This document shows positions 1 through 9,236 of a DNA stretch of 64,000 bases, one piece after another; position 1 is the first letter of the stretch; each line of letters begins with the position of its first letter. The translations under genes were made by a program, and so were the position numbers. This DNA comes from Candidatus Methylomirabilota bacterium. Its GTDB lineage: Bacteria; Methylomirabilota; Methylomirabilia; Rokubacteriales; CSP1-6. Under the pieces are notes generated by a model. The model saw nothing but the letters and a program-made list of their open reading frames with translations, was not told the origin of the DNA and searched no databases. The stretch lies in contig JBKPAK010000103.1 of the NCBI GenBank assembly GCA_046726415.1, positions 1 through 64,000 on the forward strand, read 5' to 3'.

Positions 1-3
1 CGC

Positions 4-31
4 TTGCGTCTTGCGCGGTCGCGGCTATAAT
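4..31 (+). promoter_or_regulatory. Putative sigma70 promoter
   Basis: TTGCGT (4-9), 16-nt spacer, TATAAT (26-31), upstream of the ABC operon. Confidence 0.55.
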
Positions 32-383
32 CCTTCAACTTTCCCGATTTCTCGGCCTGGGACGATCCTGCCGATCGCGAAGACGCGGAGGGCGAGGCGA
101 TGACGCTCCGATCGCTGCCGAGACTGATGGCCTGCGAGGTCATGGCCGTCTGCCTTGTCGCCCCTCTGCCCGATCGGACCCCAGGAGGCCCTGAGGCCCA
201 AGACGTGACCTTCGACGCGAGGAGCCGGGAACGTGCTACCTTCTCAGCCGGCTGGCGCGAGACGAAGCTCAAGGGCATCATCGCAGCATCCGCGGGAACG
301 CCGGCAACGCCGCCACCCGCATCGAGGCCTCCGCGGCCAAAGGGAGGGATCTACGGTGACCTCTTCCACTAGCAGGCCCGAGC

Positions 384-426
384 GCTATCCTCGGCTCGAG
401 CCGATCTCCCCGTCGTCGCGACCATG
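384..426 (+). repeat. Single degenerate copy of the 65-bp start-codon-associated repeat
   Basis: 33/43 ungapped identity (by hand) to the 3' part of the 7311-7695 unit; ends on the ATG at 424-426. Confidence 0.6.
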
Positions 427-1344
427 AAAAAGTTCTTCTTCAAGCGCCTGGGCTATTCGCTCATCTCGCTCGTACTCCTGTCCCTCACGATCTTCTTGTT
501 CGTGCGGCTGACGGGGGACCCCACCACCTTGCTGGTGGAGCCCGGGGCCAGCCGCGGGGACATCGAGGCCCTCCGCGCGCAGCTCGGGCTCGACCGGTCG
601 CTCCTCGTCCAGTACGGGAGCTTCATGGGCCATCTCCTGCGCGGCGACTTCGGCCAGTCGTTCTACTACCGCACGCCCGTCTTCGAGCTCTACCTCTCTC
701 GCCTGCCCTACTCGCTTATGTTGGCCGTGGCCGCCATGGCCTTCTCCCTCATCATCGGCATCCCGACCGGGATCCTCGCCGCCGTCCGCGTCAACGGCTT
801 GTGGGACAGCGTGGGCAAGCTGTTCGCCCTGCTCGGCCTCTCGTTTCCGTCGTTCTGGGTCGGTCTGCTCCTCATCCTCTTCTTCTCCGTCTATCTGGGC
901 TGGCTCCCGTCGTCGGGCTCGGGCGGAGTTCTGCACATCCTCATGCCGGCCTTCTCCCTCGGCTGGTTCTTCGCGGCCGCCCACATGCGCCTGACCCGCT
1001 CGTCAATGCTGGAGGTGCTGGGTTCCGAGTACGTGAAGCTGGCGCGGCTGAAGGGCTTGCCGGAGGCGCTCGTCATCGGGAAGCATGCGTTCAAGAACGC
1101 GCTGATCCCCGTGCTCACCCTGGCCGGGATCAACCTCGTGCTCATGGTGAACGTGTCCATCGTCGTGGAGACCGTCTTCGCGTGGCCGGGGGTGGGCCGC
1201 CTCTTCTACGAAGGCATCGCCTTCCGCGACTTCCCCGTCGTGCAGGCCACCGTGCTGCTGAACGGAGCAATGATCGTCGTCGTTAGCTTGGTCGTGGACG
1301 TGCTCTACGCCGTCATCGACCCGAGGATTCGCTATGAACGCTAG
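424..1344 (+). CDS. Dipeptide/oligopeptide ABC transporter permease (DppB/OppB family)
   Basis: Hydrophobic; EAA-like loop SEYVKLARLKGL; ends DPRIRY. Confidence 0.93.
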   Translation: MKKFFFKRLGYSLISLVLLSLTIFLFVRLTGDPTTLLVEPGASRGDIEALRAQLGLDRSLLVQYGSFMGHLLRGDFGQSFYYRTPVFELYLSRLPYSLMLAVAAMAFSLIIGIPTGILAAVRVNGLWDSVGKLFALLGLSFPSFWVGLLLILFFSVYLGWLPSSGSGGVLHILMPAFSLGWFFAAAHMRLTRSSMLEVLGSEYVKLARLKGLPEALVIGKHAFKNALIPVLTLAGINLVLMVNVSIVVETVFAWPGVGRLFYEGIAFRDFPVVQATVLLNGAMIVVVSLVVDVLYAVIDPRIRYER

Positions 1345-2224
1345 CCGCGCCGCAACGCTGCCCCTGACCTGGCCCTCGCGCCTGGCCTCGATCCGGATCG
1401 AAGCCGTGGCCCTGGTGCCGATCGCCATCCTGAGCCTCCTGGCCGTCGCGGCGATCTCCGCGGACTTCATCGCCCCGCACGATCCCCAGGTCGGGATGCT
1501 CGGCTCTCGCTTCCGCCCGCCCTTCTGGCAGACCGGCGGGAGCACGGAGTACCTGCTGGGTACCGATCACCTCGGACGCGACGTGCTCTCCCGGCTGATC
1601 TTCGGGGCGCGCGTGTCCATGTACGTCGGCTTCACCGCGGTCATCTTTGCGGGGACCCTGGGTACCCTGCTGGGCATCCTGTCCGGCTATCTCGGCAAGT
1701 GGGTCGATCAGCTCATCATGCGCGTCACCGACACCTGGCTGGCCCTGCCCGCCCTCACGTTCGCCATCTTCCTCGCCGCCGTGATCGGGCCGAGCGAGAC
1801 GAACATCATCATTATCCTGGGGTTGGTGTTCTGGACGCGCTACGCGCGGGTGATCCGCGGCGAAGTCCTGTCGCTCAAGGAGCGCGACTTCGTTCGCCTG
1901 GCCATCGTGGCCGGCTGTTCGAGGCGGACGATCATGCTGCGGCACATACTGCCCAACGTGCTGAACTCCGCCATCGTGCTCGCTACCCTCATGCTCGGCC
2001 AGGTCATCATCGCCGAGGCGGCCCTGAGCTTCCTCGGGGTCGGGGTGCCTCCGCCCAAGCCGGCCTGGGGTCTCATGCTGGCCGATGGCAAGAAAGGACT
2101 GATGGCCGGCTACTGGTGGCTGACCGTCCTTCCCGGCACTTGCATCATGCTCATGGTGCTCTCCGCCAACCTCCTGGGGGACTGGCTTCGCGTGAAGCTC
2201 GATCCGCAACTCCGCCAACTGTGA
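1334..2224 (+). CDS. ABC transporter permease (DppC/OppC family)
   Basis: LGTDHLGRD, RHILPN, LSFLGVG..P.WG motifs. Confidence 0.93.
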   Translation: MNASRAATLPLTWPSRLASIRIEAVALVPIAILSLLAVAAISADFIAPHDPQVGMLGSRFRPPFWQTGGSTEYLLGTDHLGRDVLSRLIFGARVSMYVGFTAVIFAGTLGTLLGILSGYLGKWVDQLIMRVTDTWLALPALTFAIFLAAVIGPSETNIIIILGLVFWTRYARVIRGEVLSLKERDFVRLAIVAGCSRRTIMLRHILPNVLNSAIVLATLMLGQVIIAEAALSFLGVGVPPPKPAWGLMLADGKKGLMAGYWWLTVLPGTCIMLMVLSANLLGDWLRVKLDPQLRQL

Positions 2225-3192
2225 AGCTGCTGGAGGTCGACGGACTCAGCACTCACTACATCACGGCGCGGGGCACGCGGGTGACCCGCGCCGTGCAGGA
2301 CGTCTCCTTCTCCCTCGACGCCGGAGAGACGCTGGGTATCGTCGGCGAGTCGGGCTCGGGCAAGACCACGCTGGCCCTCACCCTGCTGCGCCTGCTGCCG
2401 CCGGGCGCGCGCATCGTGGGCGGGTCCATCCGCTTCGAAGGCGAGGATCTCCTGCCCAAGTCCGAAGCCGAGATGCGGCACATCCGCGGCAAGAGAATGG
2501 CCATGATCCTGCAAGACCCCATGGCCTCCCTCAACCCGCTCTTCACCATCGGCGACCAGGTGGCGGAGCCCATCCGGGTCCACGAGCATGCGACTCGCCG
2601 GAGCGCCCGGGACAGGGCGCGCGGCCTCCTGGCCGCCGTGCGCATCGCCGCGCCCGCTCAGCGCGTGCGGGAGTACCCGCACCAGCTCTCCGGGGGGATG
2701 CGCCAGCGCATCGTGGGCGCCATCGCCATCTCCTGCGAGCCTCGCCTCCTCATCGCCGACGAGCCGACCACCAGCCTGGACGTCACCATCCAGGCCCAGT
2801 ACCTGGCCCTGCTGCGCGAGCTGCAGCGGGCGCACGGGCTGGCCCTGATTTTCATCACCCATAACCTCGGCATCGTGGCCAAGATGTGCGACGCCGTCGC
2901 GGTCATGTACGCCGGGCGCCTCATGGAGTCGGGCTCGGTGCGCCAGATCTTCAACGCCCCCGCGCATCCCTATACGAAAGCGCTCATCGAATCCATTCCG
3001 CGGCTCGGCGATGCCACCGCGCGGCTGACCGCCATCGACGGTCAGCCGCCGGATCCCTCGGCCCTGCCGTCCGGCTGCGCCTTTCACCCCCGTTGCCCGA
3101 AGGCGATGGCGCAGTGTCGCGCCGAGGCTCCCCCCGCTGTCACAGTGGCGCCCGGTCAGATCGCCGCCTGCTGGCTCTGGCCCTCGTCATGA
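2221..3192 (+). CDS. ABC transporter ATP-binding protein (DppD/OppD family)
   Basis: GTG start overlapping the upstream TGA; GESGSGKT, LSGGMRQR, DEPTT, C-terminal CAFHPRC. Confidence 0.93.
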   Translation: MKLLEVDGLSTHYITARGTRVTRAVQDVSFSLDAGETLGIVGESGSGKTTLALTLLRLLPPGARIVGGSIRFEGEDLLPKSEAEMRHIRGKRMAMILQDPMASLNPLFTIGDQVAEPIRVHEHATRRSARDRARGLLAAVRIAAPAQRVREYPHQLSGGMRQRIVGAIAISCEPRLLIADEPTTSLDVTIQAQYLALLRELQRAHGLALIFITHNLGIVAKMCDAVAVMYAGRLMESGSVRQIFNAPAHPYTKALIESIPRLGDATARLTAIDGQPPDPSALPSGCAFHPRCPKAMAQCRAEAPPAVTVAPGQIAACWLWPSS

Positions 3193-4160
3193 CCCCGATC
3201 ATCGAAGCGCGGCATCTCACCAAGCACTTCGCGGTAAAGCGCGGCCTGTTTAGCAAGGCGATCGGGTACGTCAGCGCCGTCGATGACATTTCGTTCGTCA
3301 TCGAGCCCGGCCACACCCTGGGGGTGGTCGGGGAGTCGGGCTGTGGCAAGACCACGACCGCCAAGCTGGTGCTGCGGCTGGAGGATCCGACGAACGGCGA
3401 ACTGATCTTCGAGGGACGCGATCTGCACACGCTCGACCCCGCTGGCGTCCGGGTCTATCGCAGCTCCGTGCAGGCGGTCTTCCAGGATCCCTACGCCTCT
3501 CTGAGTCCGCGCATGCGCGTGGGGTCGATCATCGCCGAACCCCTCGTCACCAACGAGCAGCGGACCACGGCCGAGGTGAAGGACCGGGTCGAGAGTCTGC
3601 TCGATGTCGTAGGGCTTCCGCAGCGGTCTACTTCATTGTTTCCGCACGAATTCTCGGGAGGGCAGCGCCAGCGCATCGCCATCGCGCGCGCCCTGGCCCT
3701 CTCCCCCAAGCTGCTCGTGCTCGACGAGCCGGTGTCGGCGCTCGACGTGTCGATTCGCGCGCAGATCCTGAACCTGCTGCGCGACCTCCAGCTCAAGCTC
3801 CGGCTGTCGTACCTCTTCATCGCCCACGATCTGGCGGCAGTCGGCCACATGAGCTCGACCATTGCCGTCATGTATCTCGGCAAGATCGTCGAGATGGGAA
3901 AGGCCAACGCGGTCGCCAAGGATCCGAAACATCCGTACACGCAGGCGCTCTTCTCGGCGGCCCTCCCCTCGCACCCCGACGATCAGCGCCAGGAGATCCT
4001 GCTGCCCGGCGAAGTGCCGAGCCCCCTCAATCCGCCGAGCGGATGCCGCTTCCACCCGCGTTGCCCGTCCGCCATGCCGCGCTGCGCGAGTGAGATCCCT
4101 CTCCTCCAGACCGTAGAGGGACGCGAGGTCGCCTGCCACCTTTACCCGCAGCCCGCGTAG
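3189..4160 (+). CDS. ABC transporter ATP-binding protein (DppF/OppF family)
   Basis: ATGA overlap; [24 protein letters not shown]. Confidence 0.93.
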   Translation: MTPIIEARHLTKHFAVKRGLFSKAIGYVSAVDDISFVIEPGHTLGVVGESGCGKTTTAKLVLRLEDPTNGELIFEGRDLHTLDPAGVRVYRSSVQAVFQDPYASLSPRMRVGSIIAEPLVTNEQRTTAEVKDRVESLLDVVGLPQRSTSLFPHEFSGGQRQRIAIARALALSPKLLVLDEPVSALDVSIRAQILNLLRDLQLKLRLSYLFIAHDLAAVGHMSSTIAVMYLGKIVEMGKANAVAKDPKHPYTQALFSAALPSHPDDQRQEILLPGEVPSPLNPPSGCRFHPRCPSAMPRCASEIPLLQTVEGREVACHLYPQPA

Positions 4161-4295
4161 ATCGGGACTCCCGGCCTCTTTTCCATTCCTTGGTGAATCG
4201 CGGTCCCAGGACCTATCGTATCCAGGGATCGGCGCCCTTCGGTATCCCAGCGCCTGCAGGCGCCCACGGTCCGGCGTGGGCGCGGGGAGGTGACC

Positions 4296-4841
4296 GTGAT
4301 CACTCTGAGCTGGTCGGCGCTTGCGCTCCGCGGTGTCCTGGCCGTCATCTTCGGGATCCTGGTCTTCGCCTGGCCCGCGCTCACCATCGGCATCCTGGTG
4401 CTCTTCTTCGGGGCCAACGCGCTCATCGACGGGGTTCTCGCACTCGTGGCCGCCTTCCGGGGCTCGACGTCGGGGGCGCGCTGGTGGGGGATGCTCCTCC
4501 AGGGCATCCTGGGCATCGCCACCGGCATCATCACCTTCCTCATGCCGGGGCTTGTCGCCCTCGTGCTGCTCTATCTCATCGCGGCATGGGCCGTCGTGAT
4601 CGGCGTCTTCGAGATCGTCGCCGCCGTCCGGCTCCGCCGGGAGATCGAGGGCGAATGGCTTCTCGCCCTGCGCGGGGTGCTGGCCGTGATCTTCGGCGTG
4701 ATCCTCTTCGTCTACCCGGCGGCCGGCGCGCTCGCCGTGGTGTGGCTGATCGGCGCCTTCTCGATCGCACTGGGCGTCCTCAACCTCGCCCTCGCCTTCC
4801 GCCTGCGCCGCCACCACCAACGTCGGACGGCGACCGCCTAA
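4296..4841 (+). CDS. HdeD/DUF308 family membrane protein
   Basis: GGAGG RBS; W..LALRG..AVIFG repeated helical pattern. Confidence 0.85.
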   Translation: MITLSWSALALRGVLAVIFGILVFAWPALTIGILVLFFGANALIDGVLALVAAFRGSTSGARWWGMLLQGILGIATGIITFLMPGLVALVLLYLIAAWAVVIGVFEIVAAVRLRREIEGEWLLALRGVLAVIFGVILFVYPAAGALAVVWLIGAFSIALGVLNLALAFRLRRHHQRRTATA

Positions 4842-4886
4842 TCTTTTGACCGCCGGCTCAGCCTCTCGCGTCGCACCTCACGCGAA

Positions 4887-4969
4887 TGGGGAGGTTCGGA
4901 GGGGGGCGTCTCGCCTCCTCCGAGTCAATTCGGACAGGTTGGGAGGGGTCGACCCGGCCCCTCCCCAGC
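4887..4969. repeat. GC-rich palindromic hairpins (REP-like or bidirectional terminator)
   Basis: TCGGAGGGGGGCG..CGCCTCCTCCGA and GGGAGGGGTCG..CGGCCCCTCCC stems between convergent ORFs. Confidence 0.5.
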
Positions 4970-5104
4970 TCAGGGGACGTTCGCGGACCACGCGAGCTGC
5001 GCGCGCCGGACGATTTCCTGCACCAGTGGGCTGAACATCATCACCACGAAGAACGCAGTGATGACGGCGATGGCCCAGCGCACGAGCTTCGGGAAAGGCG
5101 TCAT
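4970..5104 (-). CDS. Small 44-aa single-TM protein (below the ORF-track cutoff)
   Basis: MTPFPKLVRWAIAVITAFFVVMMFSPLVQEIVRRAQLAWSANVP; ATG lies in the last repeat unit. Confidence 0.55.
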   Translation of the reverse strand: MTPFPKLVRWAIAVITAFFVVMMFSPLVQEIVRRAQLAWSANVP

Positions 5105-5296
5105 TGTAACGGGCCCCGTGGGGCCGGCTTTCGCCGCGGGTGGCCTGCGCCGGGCGCGCGTGGCGTCACTAACGGGCCCCGTGAGGCCGGCTTTCGCCGC
5201 GGGTGGCCTGCGCCGGGCGCGCGTGGCGTCACTGTAACAGGCCCCGTGAGGCCGGCCTGAGCCGAGGGTGGCCTGCGCCAGGCGCGCGGCGTCATT
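5097..5296 (-). repeat. Tandem array, ~3 units of 63-65 bp
   Basis: GGCGTCA(T/C)T recurs at 5097, 5162, 5225, 5288; reverse complement shares TACAATGACGCC and CAGGCCACCC with the 7311 array. Confidence 0.9.
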
Positions 5297-5305
5297 CTCG
5301 ACGGG

Positions 5306-5782
5306 TTATGCGGTCAGGAACGCCCGCAGCATCCAGGCCATCTTTTCGTGCCGCTCCATGAGGCCGGTCAAGAAGTCGCTCGTCCCGGCGTCGTGATACG
5401 TCGACATGGTCGTGTCGAGATCATCGCGAAGCTGACGGATCGTCGACTCGTGATCGGCGAGCAGGTTGCTGATCATGGTCTTGGCGTCCGGTATGTGCCC
5501 GGGGTGCTCCTTCAATCGCGCCTGCTGGCTGAACTCGGTGAGCGTCCCCAGGGCCGGTCCGCCAAGCGTGCGGGCCCGCTCGGCCACCTCGTCCACGATG
5601 TCGTCGAGCGCCTCGTACTGCCCCTCGAAGAACTTGTGCAGGTCATTGAACTGCAGACCCACCACATTCCAATGGTAGTTGCGGGTCTTGGTGTAGAGCA
5701 GGTACTCGTCCGCGAGCAGGCTGTTCAGGATCTTGACGATGGCCGTGCGATCGCTGTCGACAATGCCGATGCTGGGCTTCAT
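5306..5782 (-). CDS. dps: DNA starvation/stationary phase protection protein Dps
   Basis: KTRNYHWNVVG, F.DLHKFFE, DEVAER, HEKMAWML; GAGGA RBS. Confidence 0.93.
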   Translation of the reverse strand: MKPSIGIVDSDRTAIVKILNSLLADEYLLYTKTRNYHWNVVGLQFNDLHKFFEGQYEALDDIVDEVAERARTLGGPALGTLTEFSQQARLKEHPGHIPDAKTMISNLLADHESTIRQLRDDLDTTMSTYHDAGTSDFLTGLMERHEKMAWMLRAFLTA

Positions 5783-5867
5783 GGTGGTGTGTCCTCCTCT
5801 GTTTTCGGATGCGGAGGCGGAAACGTTTCGCGGCCTCAGGGAGCCCCGTGTCACAATAGTATGCATC

Positions 5868-6245
5868 GTGGGCGGCTCGGTTGGGCGGCTCCTTTCCGTC
5901 GTCGTGGCGGTAGGATTGTTGGCCGCCTGCGCTCAGGGGCCCATCGCCGGCCGCCTGAGCCGCCCCGACCAGGTGCCCGTCGCCGCAGTCCTGAACTATG
6001 AGTCCAGCATCCTGGGAGGGTCGGGCAAGCTCCGGATGTCGCTGCCGACGGGCGAGAACTTCAAGGGGACCTACCGGCTGGTTCCCCACGATCCGAAGCG
6101 GCAGATGACCGCCACCTTGACCGGTGACCGCGGTTCGACGATGCTCTGTCGCTTCACGCTCGACGAGCCGGGGGTCGGTCCCGCGGGAGGAGGCTCGGTG
6201 CAGTGTCAGCTCTCCAGCGGCGGGACCTTCGACAGCAGCTTTTGA
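5868..6245 (+). CDS. Putative lipoprotein
   Basis: Hydrophobic leader ending in lipobox LAAC; GTG 5 nt after TAGTAT. Confidence 0.65.
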   Translation: MGGSVGRLLSVVVAVGLLAACAQGPIAGRLSRPDQVPVAAVLNYESSILGGSGKLRMSLPTGENFKGTYRLVPHDPKRQMTATLTGDRGSTMLCRFTLDEPGVGPAGGGSVQCQLSSGGTFDSSF

Positions 6246-6338
6246 CGTCGGAGGAGCGAGCGCCGCTTCCCCTTGAAGATCCCTCCGCCCGGTCTGTTAG
6301 AGTGAAGCGCGAGAGAGCGATGTGACCGGAGGTGAGGC

Positions 6339-7289
6339 ATGAAGCTGCCTGGGCGTGTGACGATGTGCGAGGTCGGAACCCGGGACGGATTCCAGATCGA
6401 ACCGGAGTTCATCCCCACCGAGCTGAAGGTCGAGGTCGTCGATCTCCTGTCTGAGGCCGGGATCCCGCGCATCGAGGTGACGTCGTTCGTCCATCCCAAA
6501 GCCGTGCCCCAGCTCCGCGACGCCGAGGCGGTCATGAGCAAGATCCGCCGTCACCAGGGCACGCAGTACGCCGCGCTCGTTCCCAACGACAAAGGCGCGG
6601 TGCGCGCGGTGGACGCGGGCGTGGATGCCATCCACACCGTGGTCAGCGCCAGCGAGAGTCACAACCTCGCCAACGTGAACATGACCATCGCGGAGTCGCT
6701 CGAGAGGCTGCGAGCGGTCTTGCAGGTGGCGGCGCGGGCCGGGGTCCTGGTGGGATGTGGAATCTCCACTGCTTTCGGCTGTCCGTTCGAGGGCGAGGTA
6801 CCGGTCAGCCAGCTGGAGTCCATCGTGGCACGGCTGGCCGACATGGGCGCGCGCGCTTTTGGCCTCGCCGACACGACGGGCATGGCCAACCCGCGCCAGG
6901 TCGCGCGTACGCTCGAGCATCTGATGCCGCGTTTTCCAGGCGTCGAGTGGACGCTTCACACGCACGACACGCGTGCCATGGCCATTCCCAACATCCTGGC
7001 CGCCATGGAAAGCGGGGTCACGCACTTCGACAGCTCCATCGGGGGACTCGGCGGCTGCCCCTTCGCCCCGGGCGCCTCGGGGAACGTGTGTAGCGAAGAT
7101 CTGGTGCACGCCTTACACGCGATGGGCGTGGAAACGGGCATCGACCTGGACCGCCTGATCGCGGTGTCCAAGCGGGTCGAGGCGATCGTCGGCCGTCCCA
7201 TGCCCGGCCAAATTATCAAGGCCGGCAAGTGGAACCGTCGCTTTCCGCTCCCCGACGGCGTGGCCGCTCGTCTCCCGGGAGCTGCGTGA
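6339..7289 (+). CDS. Hydroxymethylglutaryl-CoA lyase family protein
   Basis: EVGTRDGFQ, LADTTG, HTHDT, GLGGCPFAPGASGN. Confidence 0.93.
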   Translation: MKLPGRVTMCEVGTRDGFQIEPEFIPTELKVEVVDLLSEAGIPRIEVTSFVHPKAVPQLRDAEAVMSKIRRHQGTQYAALVPNDKGAVRAVDAGVDAIHTVVSASESHNLANVNMTIAESLERLRAVLQVAARAGVLVGCGISTAFGCPFEGEVPVSQLESIVARLADMGARAFGLADTTGMANPRQVARTLEHLMPRFPGVEWTLHTHDTRAMAIPNILAAMESGVTHFDSSIGGLGGCPFAPGASGNVCSEDLVHALHAMGVETGIDLDRLIAVSKRVEAIVGRPMPGQIIKAGKWNRRFPLPDGVAARLPGAA

Positions 7290-7310
7290 CGCCAGCAGAG
7301 CCCCGCCCAT

Positions 7311-7695
7311 CAGGCCGCCTTCGGCTCGAGGCGGTCGGGCGGTATTCGCTACAATGACGCCTCGTGCGCCCAGAGCAGCCCACCCTCGGCTCGAGGCGGT
7401 CTCGCCCGCTTCGCTACAATGACGCCCCGTGCCCCTAGAGCAGGCCACCCTCGGCTCGAGGCGGTCTCGCCCGCTTCGCTACAATGACGCCCCGTGCCCC
7501 TAGAGCAGGCCACCCTCGGCTCGAGGCGGTCTCGCCCGCTTCGCTACAATGACGCCCCGTGCGCCCAGCGCAGGCCACCCTCGGCCCGAGGCGGTCTCGC
7601 CCGCTTCGCTACAATGACGCCCCGTGCGCCTAGAGCAGGCCACCCTCGGCTCGAGGCGGTCGGGCGGTACTCGATACAATGACGCCCCGTGCCCA
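7311..7695 (+). repeat. Tandem array, ~6 units of 65 bp
   Basis: TACAATGACGCC at 7350, 7415, 7480, 7545, 7610, 7675 (exact 65-bp period); last copy holds the ATG of the downstream gene. Confidence 0.95.
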
Positions 7696-8272
7696 GCGCA
7701 TGCTCGCGCTGATGGACCGGGCAACGACCCACTGGCACATCCCCATCATCGGCCGAGCCAAGAGCCGTCTGCTCCGGCGTCTCATCCAGAAACACCGGCC
7801 CCGGCGCGCCATCGAGATCGGTTCACTGCTCGGCTACTCGGCTATCGTGATCGCGGGTTCCCTGCCGCGCAGCGGAAAGCTGGTCTGCGTGGAGGCCAAT
7901 CCGTTCCTGGCCAGCCTGGTGGAGGCCAATGTCGAGGAAGCTGGCCTCGGCCGCCAGGTAAAAGTGGTGACGGGAGACGCGCTGCGCGCAATCCCTCTTC
8001 TGTCGGGGCGCTTCGACTTCGCCCTGATCGATGCCGCCAAGCAGGACTACCTGGACTATCTCCGCCAGCTCGAACCCCGGCTGATGCCGGGCGCGGTCAT
8101 CGTGGCCGACAACACGGGGATCGCGCGACGGGCCGTGGCGTCCTATCTCGCGTATGTGCGCGCGACCGGCGGCGCCTACCGCAGTCGAGAGTACGTCTTC
8201 GGGGACGACGCCATAGAAGTGTCCATCCGCAATGGCGCCTTGCCGGTACCGTGCCGGGGGAGCCGGCGGTGA
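7679..8272 (+). CDS. O-methyltransferase (YrrM/caffeoyl-CoA OMT-like)
   Basis: IEIGSLLGYSA, FDFALIDAAKQDY, VIVADN. Confidence 0.88.
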   Translation: MTPRAQRMLALMDRATTHWHIPIIGRAKSRLLRRLIQKHRPRRAIEIGSLLGYSAIVIAGSLPRSGKLVCVEANPFLASLVEANVEEAGLGRQVKVVTGDALRAIPLLSGRFDFALIDAAKQDYLDYLRQLEPRLMPGAVIVADNTGIARRAVASYLAYVRATGGAYRSREYVFGDDAIEVSIRNGALPVPCRGSRR

Positions 8273-8389
8273 AGCGCGCCGTCCACGTCAACCCGGAGCG
8301 CGACCTCGGTACCTCGGGAGCGCGGGCGAGACGAGCAGCGGAGTCGGCTTACAAGAGCGTGTGGGTGACGCACGGCGAAGGAGACGCCC

Positions 8390-9154
8390 GTGGAAGCGAT
8401 CCTGACCGTCGATGGTCTCGCTGCGCTGGTCGCGCTGGGCGCCATGGAAATCGTCCTCGGCATCGACAATATCGTCTTCATCGCCATCCTCACCGGGCGG
8501 CTGCCCGCGGGCCAGCGACGCCGAGCGCAACGCTTGGGCCTGGCCGCGGCGCTTCTGACGCGGATCGCCCTGCTCTTCGCCATCTCGTGGATGCTCGGTC
8601 TGACCGCGCCCCTCTTCGTCCTGTGGCGGCCCTTCTCGGGGCGCGACCTCATCCTGCTCGGAGGCGGTCTCTTCCTGATCGTCAAGGCAGTCATGGAGAT
8701 CCATACCAAGCTCGAAGGCGGCCATCATGAGCGAGGGGCGGCGGGCCCACGGCACGCGAGCTTCGCATGGACCATCGTCCAGATCATGCTTCTCGATATC
8801 GTCTTCTCCCTGGACTCCGTCATCACCGCCATCGGCATGGCCGAACACATTTCGATCATGGTGCTCGCCATGGTGATGGCCATGATCGTCATGATGGTCT
8901 CCATGGGTGCAATCGGCGGCTTCGTGGAGCGCCATCCCACCGTAAAGATTCTGGCCCTGGCCTTCCTGGTGTTGATCGGCGTCATGCTGGTGGCGGATGG
9001 TATGGGTCGCCACATCGAGAAGGGCTACATCTACTTTGCGATGGCCTTCGCCCTCTTGGTCGAGCTCTTGAACATGCGCTATCGGGGGAAGCAGTCGCCC
9101 GTCGCGCTGTATCGCCGCTTCGAGCCCCCGGCCGGGGAGCGCCGCACCGATTAG
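8390..9154 (+). CDS. TerC family membrane protein
   Basis: EIVLGIDNIVFI, DIVFSLDSVITA; AAGGAG RBS. Confidence 0.93.
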   Translation: MEAILTVDGLAALVALGAMEIVLGIDNIVFIAILTGRLPAGQRRRAQRLGLAAALLTRIALLFAISWMLGLTAPLFVLWRPFSGRDLILLGGGLFLIVKAVMEIHTKLEGGHHERGAAGPRHASFAWTIVQIMLLDIVFSLDSVITAIGMAEHISIMVLAMVMAMIVMMVSMGAIGGFVERHPTVKILALAFLVLIGVMLVADGMGRHIEKGYIYFAMAFALLVELLNMRYRGKQSPVALYRRFEPPAGERRTD

Positions 9155-9236
9155 GAACCGCCGCGGCGCCCTGAACGCCGGGAACGGTTGACGCGCGCCG
9201 TCCCAGACGCCGAGGGTCCTGTCGCGCCCCTCTCTT

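Noticed and set aside
100-372. 90-aa ORF with GGAGG upstream
   Set aside because: No recognisable motif and a low-complexity tail. It may be real or a remnant, but I cannot support it.
7311-7695. CRISPR array
   Set aside because: The 65-bp period is CRISPR-like, but whole units are near-identical with no unique spacers, and no cas genes are present.
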